From an uncultured delta proteobacterium (GTDB lineage Bacteria; Myxococcota; Myxococcia; Myxococcales; Myxococcaceae), in NCBI GenBank assembly GCA_963776345.1, contig CAVZMH010000017.1:160001-224000 (forward strand): a stretch of DNA of 64,000 bases, written 5' to 3'. A program made the translations under genes and the position numbers. This document shows positions 30,361 to 40,519 of the stretch, piece after piece (within the stretch, counting starts at the first letter, position 1; every line of letters starts with the position of its first letter). The notes beneath the pieces were generated by a model. It was given only the letters and a program-made list of their open reading frames with translations. It had not been told where the DNA came from and searched no databases.

Positions 30361-30846
30361 TCAGCGCCGGTGGACGCTGCGGTCCCGGCCGGCCTGCTTG
30401 GCGCGGATGCAGGCCGCCTCGGCCGCCTCGAGCAGGTTGCCCCACGGTTCGGACGGACGGAGCGACGCCACCCCCACGCTGACCGTCGCCATCACGCAGG
30501 GGTCCGCCCGCGCTGCCCCCCGGAGCCGGTCCGCCAGCGCGCAGGCCCGCGCGAGCGCCCACCCCGGGAGCAGGAGCGCGAAGGTGTCCGACCCCAGCCG
30601 CCCGATGGGCCCCGCCCCGCTGCACTCGGCCGAGATGCGCTGGGCGAGCGCCTCGAGGCAGCTGTCCGCGGCCAGGTCGCCCCGCACGTCCCGGAGGGCC
30701 TGGAACTCGTCCACGTCCACCACCAGCAGGCTGCACGGCTGCGCCGCCCGGCGCGCCACCTGGACCGCGAACGCCACCTCGCGCTCGAACGCCTGCCGCG
30801 TGTAGACGCCGGTCTCGAGGTCCAGCTCCACCACGCGGGCGCTCAT
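30361..30846 (-). CDS. Stand-alone GGDEF domain protein with degenerate active site (GSDTF)
   Basis: DLETG, LLVVDVDEF, GRLGSDTF, TVSVGVA, AKQAGRDR. Confidence 0.85.
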   Translation of the reverse strand: MSARVVELDLETGVYTRQAFEREVAFAVQVARRAAQPCSLLVVDVDEFQALRDVRGDLAADSCLEALAQRISAECSGAGPIGRLGSDTFALLLPGWALARACALADRLRGAARADPCVMATVSVGVASLRPSEPWGNLLEAAEAACIRAKQAGRDRSVHRR

Positions 30847-31466
30847 GGCGCGCTCGCTCCCGAGGCGGCCCGGGTCTTGGCCGCGGCGCGCACGAACCCG
30901 TCGTACTGCCGGAGCGCCGCCTCTCCCACCAGCTGGATGTGGTGGTTGTTGAGCCAGGCGGTGATGGGCGCGGCCACCAGCGGCATCGCCCGGCCGATCG
31001 AGGCGAACCCGCCGCGCTCGGCGAGCACCGCCGCCACCTTGCCCAGCACCCTGGGCCCGGAGCGCCGGAGCGGACCGACCCCGTTCGCCTCGCCGAGGAC
31101 GCCCAGCAGCTCGGTCCGCGCGCGCCCGAAGCGGAGATCCACCTCGTACGCGGTGGCGATGTCGGCCAGCATCCGGATCTGCAGCCAGGCCATCACCAGG
31201 AGGTCCGCCGGCACGCTCACCAGCCCGAACACGCCGCTGACCGACCCGCTGAGCGAGGCCAGGCCCTTGGTCGACTCGATGGCGTGCTGCCCCAGCTCGC
31301 GTGGGCCGGCGGACGGGTAGCGCGTCCGCAGCGCCTTCATCCGGGCCCGGGACCGCTTGGCCTCCAGCGCGACCACGTCCTCCATCCGGAGCGACCCCAG
31401 CCGCTGCAGGGCCGCGGGGCGGAGCTTCTTCAAGAAGGCGAGGCGTTCGCTGTCGAGCAGTCCCAC
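30843..31466 (-). CDS. EcsC-like family protein
   Basis: GVFGLVSVPADL, IATAYEVD, IGRAMPLV; GTG start inferred. Confidence 0.7.
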   Translation of the reverse strand: MGLLDSERLAFLKKLRPAALQRLGSLRMEDVVALEAKRSRARMKALRTRYPSAGPRELGQHAIESTKGLASLSGSVSGVFGLVSVPADLLVMAWLQIRMLADIATAYEVDLRFGRARTELLGVLGEANGVGPLRRSGPRVLGKVAAVLAERGGFASIGRAMPLVAAPITAWLNNHHIQLVGEAALRQYDGFVRAAAKTRAASGASAP

Positions 31467-31579
31467 GGCGGGAGAATCCTGGCAGCGGCCCGGTGTCCCC
31501 CGCAACGGGCGAGCGAGCGTGCCGCGCAGATCGATGAACGCCGGAGCGGCCGGTGCGATTTCGCCCGACGTTCGCGCCT

Positions 31580-32398
31580 CTACGACTGCCCCAGGCGCGA
31601 GGCCACCCGGGTCGCCTCCTCGACTGCCCGGGCGAGGACCGAGCGGATGCGCCCGTCCTCCAGGGTGAGCAGCCCGGCGATGGTGCACCCGGCCGGCGTG
31701 GTCACCTGGTCCTTCAGCGCGGCGGGGTGCATCCCGGTCTGGAGCACCATCCGCGCCGACCCCTGGAGCATCTGGGCGGCAATTTCCATCGCCACGTCCC
31801 GGCGGAGGCCCATCATCACCCCGCCTTCTGCCAGCGCCTCGACGATGAGGTAGGCGAACGCCGGCCCGCTGCTGTTGAGGGCGGTCACCACGTCCATCGA
31901 CTTCTCCTCGAGCTCGAGGCAGCGGCCCACCGCCTGGAACAGCTTGATCGCGGTGTGTACGTGTGCGTCCGTGGCCAGCGGGCCGCGGGACACCACCGTC
32001 ATCCCCTCGCCGATGAGACAGGGCGTGTTGGGCATGGCGCGGATGAGCGGGCTCTCGGGGAGCCAGCGGCGGATCTGCTCCAGGCGCACCCCCGCCGCCG
32101 TGCTCACCACCAGCTTCCCCTTCAGCGCGGCCCGCATGTCGTCGGTGTCCAGCACCGTCGCCAGCTGCTGCGGCTTGAGGGACACCAGCACCGCGCTCGC
32201 GTCCCGGGCGACCGAGACGTTGTCCACCGTGGCCCGGATGCCGTGCCGCTGGGCGAGCGCCTCGGCCGCCTCCGGCCGCCTCGTCGAGGCGACCAGCCGG
32301 GCCGGAGCGAGCGAGCCCGAGCGAATCAGCCCGCGCACGATCGCCTCGCCCACCGTTCCACAACCCAGGACGCCCAGGGTACCGTCGTTGTCCAGCAT
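31580..32398 (-). CDS. proC: Pyrroline-5-carboxylate reductase
   Basis: LGCGTVG, LKPQ, RAMPNTP, SSGPAF, VTTPAGCT. Confidence 0.95.
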   Translation of the reverse strand: MLDNDGTLGVLGCGTVGEAIVRGLIRSGSLAPARLVASTRRPEAAEALAQRHGIRATVDNVSVARDASAVLVSLKPQQLATVLDTDDMRAALKGKLVVSTAAGVRLEQIRRWLPESPLIRAMPNTPCLIGEGMTVVSRGPLATDAHVHTAIKLFQAVGRCLELEEKSMDVVTALNSSGPAFAYLIVEALAEGGVMMGLRRDVAMEIAAQMLQGSARMVLQTGMHPAALKDQVTTPAGCTIAGLLTLEDGRIRSVLARAVEEATRVASRLGQS

Positions 32399-33566
32399 GC
32401 CCTCGGACCTAGCACAGCCTGGCACACGGCCTCCGCTCGGGGACGCGCAGCGCATCGTCGTCAAGCTGGGCACCCAGGTGGTGACCCACGACGGGCAGGC
32501 GCTCGCCCTGGGGCGGCTGATGTCGCTGGTGGAGGAGATGGCCTTGCTCCGCCAGGAGGGCCGGCAGCTCCTCCTCGTCTCCAGCGGGGCGGTGGCCCTG
32601 GGGATGAAGCAGCTCGGGCTGACCGAGCGGCCCCGCTCGCTCGGGCTCCGGCAGGCCTGCGCCGCGGTGGGACAGGGGCATCTGGTCGGGCTCTACACCT
32701 CGGCCTTCGCCCAGTTTGGCGTCACCGCGGCCCAGGTGCTGCTGACCGAGAGCGACCTCGGGGACCGCGACCGGGCGCTCTGCGTGCGGACGACGCTCAT
32801 GCGGTTGCTCGAGCTGCGCGCCGTTCCGGTGCTGAACGAGAACGACAGCGTGAGCATCCGCGAGCTGGTGGAGCACCGCCGGGCCCAGGGCGCCGCGACC
32901 GGAGCGCCGGCGTTCGGCGACAACGATGGGCTGAGCGCACGGGTGGCCATCGGGGTCGACGCGGATCTCCTGGTCCTCCTCACCGACGTGGACGGGCTGT
33001 ACACCGCCGACCCGCGGACCGAGCCTGACGCAAGGCGCATCGACGTGCTCGACGCCGAGACCCCGCGGCTCGGCGCGGTGAGCGCCGCGGGCACCGGCGG
33101 GATGTCGAGCAAGCTCGAGGCGGCGCGGCTGGCGAGCCGGGCCGGAGTCACCGTGGTCATCGCCTCGGGCGCCGCGCCGAACGTGCTCCGGCGGCTCCTC
33201 TCGGGCGAGGCGGTGGGGACGTGCATTCCCCCCGCCGAGCGGCGCGCGGTCCGCCGCCAGCGCATCGCCCTCGCTCCCCACTCGGGCGCCCTGGTGGCGA
33301 ACGACGGGGCGCTCTCCGCGCTCGAGCGTGGCCGGGCCTCGCTCCTGCCCATCGGCGTGGTGGCGGTCGAGGGCGACTTCCGCGAGGGCGACGTGGTGGA
33401 GATCCGCGACGGCTCGGGTCGGGTCCGTGGCCGGGGCCTCGCGAACTACGACGCGCGCGCCTGCCTGGCGCTGCTCGGGCGGCACAGCGAGGAGATCGAG
33501 GACGTTCTCGGCTGGCGCGGCTACGACGCGCTCGTCACCCGCGACAACCTGGTGCTCGGGTCATGA
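32397..33566 (+). CDS. proB: Glutamate 5-kinase
   Basis: IVVKLGT, VSSGAV, AAVGQ, NENDSV, FGDNDGL, GTGGMSSK, PUA domain. Confidence 0.95.
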   Translation: MPSDLAQPGTRPPLGDAQRIVVKLGTQVVTHDGQALALGRLMSLVEEMALLRQEGRQLLLVSSGAVALGMKQLGLTERPRSLGLRQACAAVGQGHLVGLYTSAFAQFGVTAAQVLLTESDLGDRDRALCVRTTLMRLLELRAVPVLNENDSVSIRELVEHRRAQGAATGAPAFGDNDGLSARVAIGVDADLLVLLTDVDGLYTADPRTEPDARRIDVLDAETPRLGAVSAAGTGGMSSKLEAARLASRAGVTVVIASGAAPNVLRRLLSGEAVGTCIPPAERRAVRRQRIALAPHSGALVANDGALSALERGRASLLPIGVVAVEGDFREGDVVEIRDGSGRVRGRGLANYDARACLALLGRHSEEIEDVLGWRGYDALVTRDNLVLGS

Positions 33567-34843
33567 GCGCGGTGACCGAGCGGGTGCAGCGGGCGGTCGA
33601 GGCCGGGGGTCGCCTCGCACGTGCGCCGGCGGCGGCGCGCACGAAGGCGCTCGAGGCGCTGGCGGCGGCCCTGGTGGACCCGGGAGTCCGCGCCCGGGTG
33701 CTGGAGGCCAACGTGCGCGACCTCACCGCGGCCGTGGGCCTCGCCTCGCCGCTGGTGAAGCGGCTGAAGCTGGATGCCTCGAAGCTGGAGACGCTGGCCG
33801 ATGGCGCACGGCAGCTCGCGGCACGGGCGGATCCGCTCGGCACCGTGCTCGCCCGGCGCAAGCTCGACGAGGGCCTGGTCCTGACGCAAGAAAGCTGCCC
33901 GCTGGGCGTCCTGGCGGTGGTGTTCGAGTCGCGGCCCGACGCGCTGGTGCAGATCGCCTCGCTCGCCCTCCGCTCCGGCAACGCGGTGCTGCTCAAGGGC
34001 GGGCGCGAGGCGGCGGAGTCGAACCGCGCGCTGGCCGAGGTGGTGCGCGGCGCCCTGGAGCGCGCGGGCCTGCCGCCGGACGCGGTGCAGCTGCTCGACG
34101 ACCGGTCCGAGGTGGAGGCGCTGCTCGGGCTGGAGAAGGGCGTCGACCTGGTCGTCGCGCGGGGCGGCAAGGAGTTCGTGGAGCACGTGCGCGCCCGGAG
34201 CCGCATCCCGGTGCTGGCCCACGCCGAGGGCGTCTGCCACGTGCTCCTCCACCGCTCGGCCGACCCGGCGAAGGCGGCCCGCATCGTGGTGGACAGCAAG
34301 TGCAGCTACCCCGCGGCGTGCAACGCGCTGGAGACGCTGCTCTGGGAGCCGGGGGCCGAGGCGGCGCTGGACGCGAGCCTGGCTGCGCTCCGGTCGGCGG
34401 GGGTCGAGCTCCGGGGAGACGCGGCCACCCGGGCCCGTCATCCGGACATGAAGGTCGCGACCGAGGCGGACTGGGATGCGGAGTACGGCGCGCTCGTCCT
34501 CGCCGTCGCGCGGGTGGACGACCTCGACGCCGCCCTGGCCCACATCGCGCGGCACGGCTCGCAGCACACCGAGGCCATCGTCGCCGAGGACCGCGCGGCC
34601 GCCGAGCGCTTCCTCGCCGAGGTGGACGCGGCCTGCGTCTTCCACGACGCGAGCACCCGGTTCGCCGACGGCTACCGCTTCGGCCTCGGCGGCGAGGTGG
34701 GCATCGGCACGGGGAAGCTGCACGCCCGTGGGCCGGTGGGCGTGGACGGGCTGCTCACCTTCCGCTGGCTGCTCCGCGGCTCGGGGCAGGTGAGCGCGGA
34801 CTACGGCCCGGGGATGAAGCCGTTCCTGCACGAGGAGCTCTGA
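33563..34843 (+). CDS. proA: Gamma-glutamyl phosphate reductase
   Basis: PLGVLAVVFESRP, LKGGREA, ACNALETL, STRFADG, KLHARGP. Confidence 0.95.
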   Translation: MSAVTERVQRAVEAGGRLARAPAAARTKALEALAAALVDPGVRARVLEANVRDLTAAVGLASPLVKRLKLDASKLETLADGARQLAARADPLGTVLARRKLDEGLVLTQESCPLGVLAVVFESRPDALVQIASLALRSGNAVLLKGGREAAESNRALAEVVRGALERAGLPPDAVQLLDDRSEVEALLGLEKGVDLVVARGGKEFVEHVRARSRIPVLAHAEGVCHVLLHRSADPAKAARIVVDSKCSYPAACNALETLLWEPGAEAALDASLAALRSAGVELRGDAATRARHPDMKVATEADWDAEYGALVLAVARVDDLDAALAHIARHGSQHTEAIVAEDRAAAERFLAEVDAACVFHDASTRFADGYRFGLGGEVGIGTGKLHARGPVGVDGLLTFRWLLRGSGQVSADYGPGMKPFLHEEL

Positions 34844-34900
34844 GGGCGCTCGTCCCGGTTCGAGCCCGCGGCCGGCGGGCGGCGAGGGGTCGAATAGAAA

Positions 34901-34938
34901 GGAAACGCACCTGACTATTTCTGGGAAATCGTCAGGTG
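34901..34938. repeat. REP-like palindromic intergenic repeat, copy 1
   Basis: ggaaacgCACCTGACtATTTC-tgg-GAAATcGTCAGGTG; near-identical copy at 50263. Confidence 0.75.
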
Positions 34939-35037
34939 GCCCGGTGAAGGCCAGAGCCGTGCTTGCCCGTGCCTCGACGTCCGTCGGTCCGGACTCCCCT
35001 TCCTGCAGGCGGCATCCGACCGTCCGGGTCCTGGGCC

Positions 35038-35872
35038 TCAGCGCCGGAACTGGGCGGTGGTCCTCAGCGCGAACGGTACCGGCACGGGTCCTGACGTCAG
35101 CTGACCCTCGAGCGTGATGGGCACCGTGCCGCCCCGCACGATGGCCTGCGCCGCCTCGAACGCCCCCGCGAACGGGACGGTCAGCGGCAACGAGATCGAC
35201 CGCGACGTGCCGGGAGCGAGCGTCCCCAGGTCCTTCGCCGACACCTCGCCGACCCGGGCGCCGGCGATGCTCACCGCCGCCGCCAGCGCCTCCAGCGGCA
35301 CCGGGTAACCGCCCTTCGCGGTCAAGGTGACCGGCAGCTCCACCGTGGCCTGGTCGAGCGCCACCTTCGTCAGCCGCGGCGTCCCGAGCGCGATGCCCGG
35401 CATGTCCGGGAGCGAGAACGTCCCCTCGTGCGACAGGGGCAGCCGCACCACGCCGGCGGGCGTCTTCACCCCCACCGTGCCCTCCGCCTTGTACCCGGCG
35501 GCTTCCCTTCGCCAGCACCGTGGCCACCGCCTGCCCCAGGTCCGTGAAGCGGAACGTCGCCGGCAAGGTCACGTCGGCGCTGCCGTTGGCCGGGATCTCC
35601 AGCCCCTCCGGCGGCCGCCCGGTCGCGACGGGGTGCCCGTCGATGCTGAGCCGGTAGTCCAGCTCGGCGAGCGAGAGCCCGACCCCGTTCGGGTTGGTCA
35701 CGGTCGTCACCAGATTGAGCGTCGCCCCGCTGAGCGAGACGTCCGCCAGCGCCGCGCTCCTGAAGGCCAGCGTGGGCTTCTGGAACGCGCCGGCCGCGAG
35801 CTGCTCCAGCGTGGCGCAGGACGTCGTGGCGGCAGCGAGGACGAGCAGCAGGCGAGCAGGGAACCGGATCAC
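35038..35872 (-). CDS. LEA type 2 (WHy) lipoprotein with two domains; frameshift near 35500
   Basis: Lipobox-like TTSC, VTNPN motif; removing one base joins ...AKGS to AGYKAEGTVGVKTP and a second LEA_2 domain. Confidence 0.75.
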
Positions 35873-35957
35873 GAGAGGCCCAGCGTAATCAACGCCCCAA
35901 GCCCCTGTGGACAGGCCCGAACCCTCAAGGACTGGACGGGGCCTCCCCGGGGCTGCT

Positions 35958-35974
35958 ACCTACCGGTCGGTAGG
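35958..35974. promoter_or_regulatory. AibR-type TetR operator palindrome
   Basis: ACCTACCGGTCGGTAGG about 50 nt upstream of the TetR gene; resembles the M. xanthus AibR site as I recall it. Confidence 0.75.
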
Positions 35975-36024
35975 AGAGTCCCGAGCGACCCCCACGCTGC
36001 GAGTGGTAACCTCGATGCACCCCC

Positions 36025-36624
36025 GTGAGACGCACCGACGACACCACCGCGAAGCACCGGGCCATCCTCGAGACCGCCGCGCGGCTCATCTGCAAGCAGG
36101 GCTACGAGGGGACCAGCATCCAGGAGATCGCGGATGGCTGCGGCCTGACCAAGGCCGGCCTCTACCACCACATCGAGAGCAAGGAGCAGCTGCTCGTCGA
36201 GATCATGAACTACGGGATGGACGTGTTCGAGGAGCGCGTCCTCTCCGAGGTGGAGCACATCCCGGACCCGGTGGAGCGCCTCAAGACCTGCATGGCGAAG
36301 AACATCCGGCTCGTCACCCGCGGGTGGAGCAAGGAAGTCACCATCATCCTCCACGAGCACGACACGCTCACCGGGAAGCCGCAGGCGCAGATCAACGCCC
36401 GGAAGAAGCGCTACGTGCGGTTCCTCGAGTCGTCCTTCGCCGAGGCCGTGGACCGGCAGCTCATCCGTCCCGTGGACCCGACCGTCGCCGCGTTCGCCTT
36501 CCTGGGGATGGTTCTCTGGATCTACAAGTGGTTCAAGCCGGGCGGGAAGCGCACCGACGACGAGATCGCCGCGGGCATGGTGGACCTCCTGTTCACGGGA
36601 CTGGTCCCCGCGCCGCGCTCCTGA
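36025..36624 (+). CDS. aibR: TetR family regulator, AibR-like
   Basis: TetR HTH GYEGTSIQEIA...GLYHH; adjacent to mvaS with the palindromic operator upstream. Confidence 0.75.
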   Translation: MRRTDDTTAKHRAILETAARLICKQGYEGTSIQEIADGCGLTKAGLYHHIESKEQLLVEIMNYGMDVFEERVLSEVEHIPDPVERLKTCMAKNIRLVTRGWSKEVTIILHEHDTLTGKPQAQINARKKRYVRFLESSFAEAVDRQLIRPVDPTVAAFAFLGMVLWIYKWFKPGGKRTDDEIAAGMVDLLFTGLVPAPRS

Positions 36625-36712
36625 GTCCGTTCACCCTGTCGTACGCAGACATCCCCTCCGGCTGGCCGGCCCGGAGGCGGACCGCTTCGAGTTGAGGGGA
36701 GAGAGACAACAC

Positions 36713-37957
36713 ATGAAGACGTCCGTGGGCATCGAGGCGCTCGCCGTGGCGCTGCCTCGTCGCACGCTTCACCTGGAGGACCTGGCGCGCGCCCGGGGCG
36801 TCGACCCCGCCAAGTACATCGCCGGCCTCGGCGTGCGTGAGATGGCGGTCACCGATCCCGGCGAGGACACCGTCGCCCTGGCCGCCACCGCGGCCCGCCG
36901 GCTGATCGAGGCGAACAGGATCGATCCGGCCTCGATCGGGATGCTCTCGGTGGGCACCGAGACCGGGGTGGACCACAGCAAGCCGGTGGCCTCGTTCGTC
37001 CAGGGGCTGGTCGGCCTTCCGCGGCACATGCGGGTGTTCGACGTCCAGCACGCCTGCTACGGCGGCACCGCGGCCCTGATGGCGGCGGCGGAGTGGATCG
37101 CCTCCGGCGTGGCCGGCGGCAAGTCGGCGCTGGTCATCTGCTCGGACATCGCCCGCTACGGGGTGAAGACCGCGGGCGAGCCCACCCAGGGCGCCGGGGC
37201 CGTGGCGATGCTGGTCTCGTCGCGTCCGGAGCTCCTCGCGCTCGACCTGGGCGTGAACGGCACCAGCAGCGCCCACGTGTTCGACTTCTGGCGTCCCCTG
37301 GGCCGCCGCGAGGCGGTGGTGGACGGCCACTACTCCATCGACTGCTACCTCGAGGCGCTGGCCGGCGCGTACCGCGACTGGCGGGGAAAGGCGGAGGCGC
37401 GGGAGATCGTCCGCCGCGGAGCGAGCTCGCTCCCCAGCGAGCAGCTCGCCGCCATCGGCTACCACGTGCCGTTCTGCAAGATGGCCAAGAAGGCCCACGC
37501 CCGGCTGCGGCGCTGCGACCTGGACGACGTGCTCGGCGCGTTCGACGAGGCACGCGAGGAGCGGGAGGGCGCGGCCAGTCACGAGCGCCAGGTCGCCGGG
37601 TCCCTGACCGTCTGCGCGCGGGTGGGCAACGTCTACACCGGGTCGCTCTACCTGGGCCTCGCCGGGATGCTGCACACCGGGGTCGCCGCGCTGGCCGGCA
37701 GGCGGATCGGCCTCTTCTCCTACGGTAGCGGCTGCGCCAGCGAGTTCTTCTCCGGCGTGGTGGGGAAGGCCGCCGCCGAGCGCATCGAGCGCGCGAAGCT
37801 GGACGAGGTGATCGGCTCCCGCGAGCGGGTGACGGTGGAGGAGTACGAGCGGCTGATGGCGCTGCCGCCCGAGACGCCGCCGGACATCCCCCCGGCGCCG
37901 GGCGGCTTCCGCTTCACCGGGATGAGCCACCACCGCCGGCAGTACGCCGCGGGCTGA
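36713..37957 (+). CDS. mvaS: Hydroxymethylglutaryl-CoA synthase
   Basis: GTETG, QHACYGG, GEPTQGAGA, DFWRP, YHVPF, GNVYTGSLY, FSYGSG. Confidence 0.93.
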   Translation: MKTSVGIEALAVALPRRTLHLEDLARARGVDPAKYIAGLGVREMAVTDPGEDTVALAATAARRLIEANRIDPASIGMLSVGTETGVDHSKPVASFVQGLVGLPRHMRVFDVQHACYGGTAALMAAAEWIASGVAGGKSALVICSDIARYGVKTAGEPTQGAGAVAMLVSSRPELLALDLGVNGTSSAHVFDFWRPLGRREAVVDGHYSIDCYLEALAGAYRDWRGKAEAREIVRRGASSLPSEQLAAIGYHVPFCKMAKKAHARLRRCDLDDVLGAFDEAREEREGAASHERQVAGSLTVCARVGNVYTGSLYLGLAGMLHTGVAALAGRRIGLFSYGSGCASEFFSGVVGKAAAERIERAKLDEVIGSRERVTVEEYERLMALPPETPPDIPPAPGGFRFTGMSHHRRQYAAG

Positions 37958-38150
37958 GCGACACAAGCGGCTTCATCCCGGAGATGTGAGGTCGAGCCGC
38001 GCGAGTTCGCCGCCGGAACGGCCATTCCCATTCGCGGACGCGACACCGGCGTTTGGTCCATTCGCTGCACGCCAGGGCCCAATCCCCGGGGCACTCCTCT
38101 TGCTCACGAGGCGATTCGCGGGTCTCCGTGTGCCCGCAGCGAGGGACCTC

Positions 38151-39321
38151 ATGAGGCGAATCAACGCAGGGACGAAGCTCGGACTCCTCTTGGTGGCGGC
38201 GGCCTCGAGCGGGGCCGTCTGGGCGGACGAAGTCGAGGCCCTGGGCCCGCCGCAACGTGGCGATCGTGGTCTACGACGGCGTGGAGATCCTCGACTTCGC
38301 CGGCCCGATGGAGGTCTTCACCGCCGCCGGGAACGGAGCCTTCCGGGTCTTCACCGTCGCCCCGACGCACGCCCCGGTGCTGAGCCAGGGCGTGCTGAGC
38401 ATCCGCCCGGACTTCTCGGTCGAGGACAGCCCAGCCCCGGACATCCTCGTCCTCCCCGGCGGGAACTCGCGCGGCTTCACCCGCAGCGAGGCCGGGATGG
38501 CATGGGTCCGCAAGGTCGCCGCCACGAACGAGCTCAGCATGTCGGTCTGCAGCGGCGCATTCATCCTCGCGAACCTGGGCCTCCTCGACGGGCGACCGGC
38601 GACGACGCACTGGGGCGCCGTCCCGCGGCTCCGGAGCGCCTTCCCCAAGGTGCAGGTGCAGACCGGCGTTCGCTTCGTCGACACCGGCCGCATCGTCACC
38701 ACCGCGGGCGTGTCCGCGGGCATCGACGGGGCCCTGCACGTGGTGCAGCGCCTCCTCGGCGACGACGTGGCCTGGGAGACCGCGCGGTACATGCAGTACG
38801 ACTCCTGGGAGCCGAAGGAGTCCGCCGCCCTGCCCGGGCCGGCCAGGGAGGCGCTCCGGGCGCTGGTCTTCCAGGACGGCGCGCGCGCGGTCGCGCTGCT
38901 CTCCGCCGTCGCGGCGAAGCATCCCAAGGATCCGCTCGCGCTCTCCCGGCTCGGCCGCGCACAGCTGCTCTTCGGGGCGCCCCGGGAGGGCATCGCCACG
39001 CTCGAGCGCGCGGTGGCGCTCGGAGACGCACGGCCCATCACCCTCGCCGCGCTCGGCGAGGCCCAGCTCGCCATCGACGCGAACGCCGCCGCCGAGCGCA
39101 CCTTCGCGCGGCTGCTCGAGGAGCGCGGCGCTCCACGCGATGCCTACCAGCTCGCCTCCGCCCAGGGCCGTCAGGGCAAGGTGGACGCGGCGCTCGAGTC
39201 GCTGGGCCGGGCCGTGACCCTGGGCTTCCACGACCAGGCGCTCGCGGACGGCGACGTGGATCTCCGCGCCGTGAGGAGCGATCCACGGTACGCGCGGCTG
39301 TTCGGCCGCACCGGCCAGTAG
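38151..39321 (+). CDS. Secreted DJ-1/PfpI family protein with C-terminal TPR-like region; frameshift near 38245
   Basis: Signal peptide from ATG 38151 is out of frame with RNVAIVVYDGVEILDFAGP, SVCSGA, ATTHW, TAGVSAGID. Confidence 0.8.
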
Positions 39322-39325
39322 GCGC

Positions 39326-39577
39326 TCACCGCCAATCGACGGGGGCGCTTCGTCTCGTCCGCCCGAGCTGCACCAGGGACCGGACGGCGACCACCGCCGC
39401 GGCGACCGCCAGCGCCGACCAGGTCGTCGACGCCGACAGCCGGAGCAGCCCGGCGCCGATCCAGAAGTCGAGCGCCAGCCCCAGCGCCGCGTGCCACCCG
39501 TGCACCGGCCCCGCGAGGAGCGCCAGCACCCCGGCGGCGGTCACCGCCAGCGCCGCCGCGTCGAGCACCTCGGTCAT
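39326..39577 (-). CDS. Small membrane protein (DUF1622-like)
   Basis: Hydrophobic; LALDFWIGAGLLRL; coupled to the upstream gene. Confidence 0.65.
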   Translation of the reverse strand: MTEVLDAAALAVTAAGVLALLAGPVHGWHAALGLALDFWIGAGLLRLSASTTWSALAVAAAVVAVRSLVQLGRTRRSAPVDWR

Positions 39578-39939
39578 CCCGGGGCCTCCGGACCGAGCTG
39601 CCCCTGCTCCTCCTTCAGCTCGCGCCCGAGGAAGAAGTTCAGCCCCGTCCGGATCGCCGCCACCGCCGCCAGCTTGCCGATCTCCTCGAAGCTCGGGGCC
39701 ACCGCCGTCCGCAGCAGGTCCGAGGCGAGCTGGAACTCGAGCCCCAGCGCCAGGAACCGCCCCAGCCGCAAGCGGACCGCGGCCAGGGCCTTGGGCGCCG
39801 GCTGGAGCGCGGTCCGGAGGAATTGCAGGAAGCCGCGCACTGCCCCCCAGAAGATGACCAGCGCTCCGCCGGCCTCCACCAGCCGGACCAGGAGACCGAC
39901 GGCCTGGCGCAGCCACTCCTCGGGGATGAAATGCTCCAC
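39574..39939 (-). CDS. DUF1622 family membrane protein
   Basis: RLRLGRFLALGLEFQLASDLLRT, IRTGLNFFL. Confidence 0.85.
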   Translation of the reverse strand: MEHFIPEEWLRQAVGLLVRLVEAGGALVIFWGAVRGFLQFLRTALQPAPKALAAVRLRLGRFLALGLEFQLASDLLRTAVAPSFEEIGKLAAVAAIRTGLNFFLGRELKEEQGQLGPEAPG

Positions 39940-39952
39940 GTCCGGTCGGCCG

Positions 39953-40454
39953 TCAGCCCTTTCGCCCGAAGAGGCCGGTCAGCGTGCCCTGGGCGAGCAC
40001 GTGGCCGCGGATCATGAAGCGAAAGCTGGCATAGGTCGTGGACGCGCCGGCGCCCTCGAGGCGCGGCACGTCGAGCGCCCACACGGTGAACTGGTACCGG
40101 TGCGGCGGGTCCCCGGGCGGAGGGGCCATGCCGCCGTACGCGCTCTCGCCGTAGTCGGTGAAGCCCAGCACGCTTCCCTTCGGCACCTTGCCCGGGGCGC
40201 CCGCGCCGGCCGGCAGGCTCGCGGAGCTCCGGGGGCAGGTTGAACAGGATCCAGTGGCTGTAGCCGACGCTGGTGGGCGCGTCGGGGTCGTAGCAGGTGA
40301 CCGCGAGGCTCCTCGTGCCCGGCGGCGGCGCATCCCATGCGAGGTCGGGGCTGATGTTCTGTCCTCCGGCTCCGCCATGGGCCGCGCTCAGCGGGATGGG
40401 CTTGCCCTCCGAGACCACGCTGCTCGAGATCTTGAGTTGAGCGGGACTGGCCAT
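39953..40454 (-). CDS. YbhB/YbcL (PEBP) family protein; frameshift near 40224
   Basis: NISPDLAW, DPDAP, HW in one frame; YGGMAPPPGD, HRYQF in the next. Confidence 0.82.
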
Positions 40455-40519
40455 GTCACATTCCTCCTCGCCCTCCACGGCGGAGGCGGCCATGCCACAC
40501 TACGCCTCCGGACCACCGC

